DNA from: Botryllus schlosseri
Lineage: Eukaryota
Direction of reading: 5' to 3'
DNA length: 64,000 nt
Assembly: GCA_051294905.1 (NCBI GenBank)
Contig: CM119372.1
Location: 26,600,001-26,664,000, forward strand
Shown: positions 62,364-64,000 of the stretch, in pieces
Layout: the number at the start of each line of letters is the position of its first letter
Numbering within the stretch: position 1 is the first letter of the stretch
Notes under the pieces: model-generated
The model's database searches: none
What the model was told of the DNA's origin: nothing
Seen by the model: the letters and a program-made list of their open reading frames with translations, nothing else
Position numbers and translations under genes: made by a program

Positions 62364-64000
62364 ACCATGACTAATAACAATCTGCAAATCACGAAACAGT
62401 AGGGTAGCGTAAGAGTTATTCTACAGAGTTCAATTTCAATTCATCACGACATCCAATACGTATAATCTACAAGTTTTGAAACTATACCTACATTATATGT
62501 CCTACAACCGGGAAATGAGAGCTCACTATTCCACAAAATTCACTCACTATTATTTGAGGCGATGCGCAATCTCATAAACTACGCTCTTTTGACTGACAGT
62601 CAGCATCACCGTCGGTAGCTTCTACGGTATTTGACCGGATTTCATTCTAAAAACGCCGGTAAAACCTCGGGCTGCTGTCGAACCCGTCAAACGCGCGTCC
62701 GGGTTATGACTAGTCATTTTACAACTCGGTCGGAGTGGCTGCAACGCAATCAATTCGTCGTACACTCGTACAGCTTCATACCTAGACCCTAAACTGTATG
62801 GCATGACTCATATCCGCGCGTTTCAATTCCCTACTGAAAGCCTTCACAATGTTTGGTAAAGGCTTTCCCCCATGTTATACTGTATCCCATGCATCATGCA
62901 GGCCTAGTTCTAACTAAATCATACCGTGACTGGAGGCCAGCCTTATGTTAGTGTTTCAGGGCCGTCGGCTCTCAAAGTTAGTCCATACCGCGAGCGAGTG
63001 TCGTCGATAGTCATGAAATGTATACAATAGACTTGTGCGCATCGATGGGAACAACGACACGTCGTACACCTTACGAGCGCTTATCTGGTAAGGCGCTTAT
63101 GTCTGAAAGAATCCCTTGATAAATCTCTCTACTTATAGTAATAATACGAAACCGCAAGCGGCGACGATGGCTGGCTTGTGGTAAATCCAAAGGGCTATGG
63201 GAAACAGGCCTTTAATCGGAGAACACATCAGTTGTACAGATGTACACATCAATTCGGACAGACTAGCGGTTATGTAATTGCACCCGTTAAGCTTCTGGGG
63301 ATTACTCATCTAACTGCGCACAATTCCATGTGTCTGTCCCAGAGCAAGCATTTTTATATAGAGATTACGTATCATCGATATGAAATTACAGCTTGGTGTG
63401 TCGTCGTATAGATAGTACGCTACAGATAATTCTCCCTTGAACTGATCTGTTACAAGATTCGTCACTACAACTACATAGTGTAACCAGGAGTTGAGGGCTT
63501 CATGAGGGAAAATGTAATAGCTTTATTCCCGGAGGTATCACGCAAAAGGTTGCAATCTATCGGGTGAAACCTCGGTTGATCCGAGTTTGAAGCATACATA
63601 CGGGCAGCTACTGACCTCAGATTACAATCGCTACCTACCACGATGTATATTACATTGCGAGGCATCAAACGCGTATTCACTTCACATATATTGATCTCTC
63701 CGAAAGTATTGGGTGAGAGCTGAATTGGAGAACTGTAGCATTGCCTTCCACCTAGGTATAATTGGTATCACACTTAGGGAGTTAAACGAACACTTTTGAA
63801 TAGTTGCCTTAGGGCAATACCTTTCGATAATTCACCCCGGACAGATGATGCTTGTCCGACTAACTGGAAAGCAGTAGTATGAATTCTACGACTGCACCAG
63901 CTGAGCACGGTAGAAGTATTCAATAACACCGTTTCAAGTACAAATTAGTGATTAATTTCAACAATTATGTACCTATGTAATTCAAAGCTTACAACCCAAT

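Overview
Eukaryotic (animal) genomic DNA: AT-rich, dense in repeats, with spliceosomal introns. The style suggests a marine invertebrate such as an ascidian, but the taxon cannot be proven from sequence alone. Most of the window is one minus-strand gene for a type II membrane GT31-family beta-1,3-glycosyltransferase (B3GALT/B3GNT-like). I reconstructed it by hand as 4 coding exons (62182-62363, 56388-56581, 41178-41415, 11848-12967; 1734 nt, 577 aa) with phase-consistent GT-AG introns of 5.6, 15.0 and 28.2 kb. Intron 2 holds three Penelope-like retroelement (PLE) copies. One has an uninterrupted RT + GIY-YIG ORF. Two end in a minimal type I hammerhead ribozyme with a palindromic helix III followed by AATAAA. 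The rest is a mosaic of non-autonomous DNA transposons, many with target-site duplications (TSDs) readable in the sequence: nested hAT MITEs, a 667-bp palindrome, a 1000-bp Mutator-like foldback carrying inverted telomere-like arrays, and Chapaev3-like and TA-target elements. There are also tRNA-derived SINEs, a decayed Charlie-type transposase and probable decayed sacsin-like and tyrosine-kinase-like relics. Most short ORFs in the supplied track are noise. The best leads are the convergent PLE/hammerhead pair, the telomere-repeat foldback element, and a ~170-aa insertion inside the GT31 catalytic domain. All belong to known classes; any novelty would lie in these particular arrangements.
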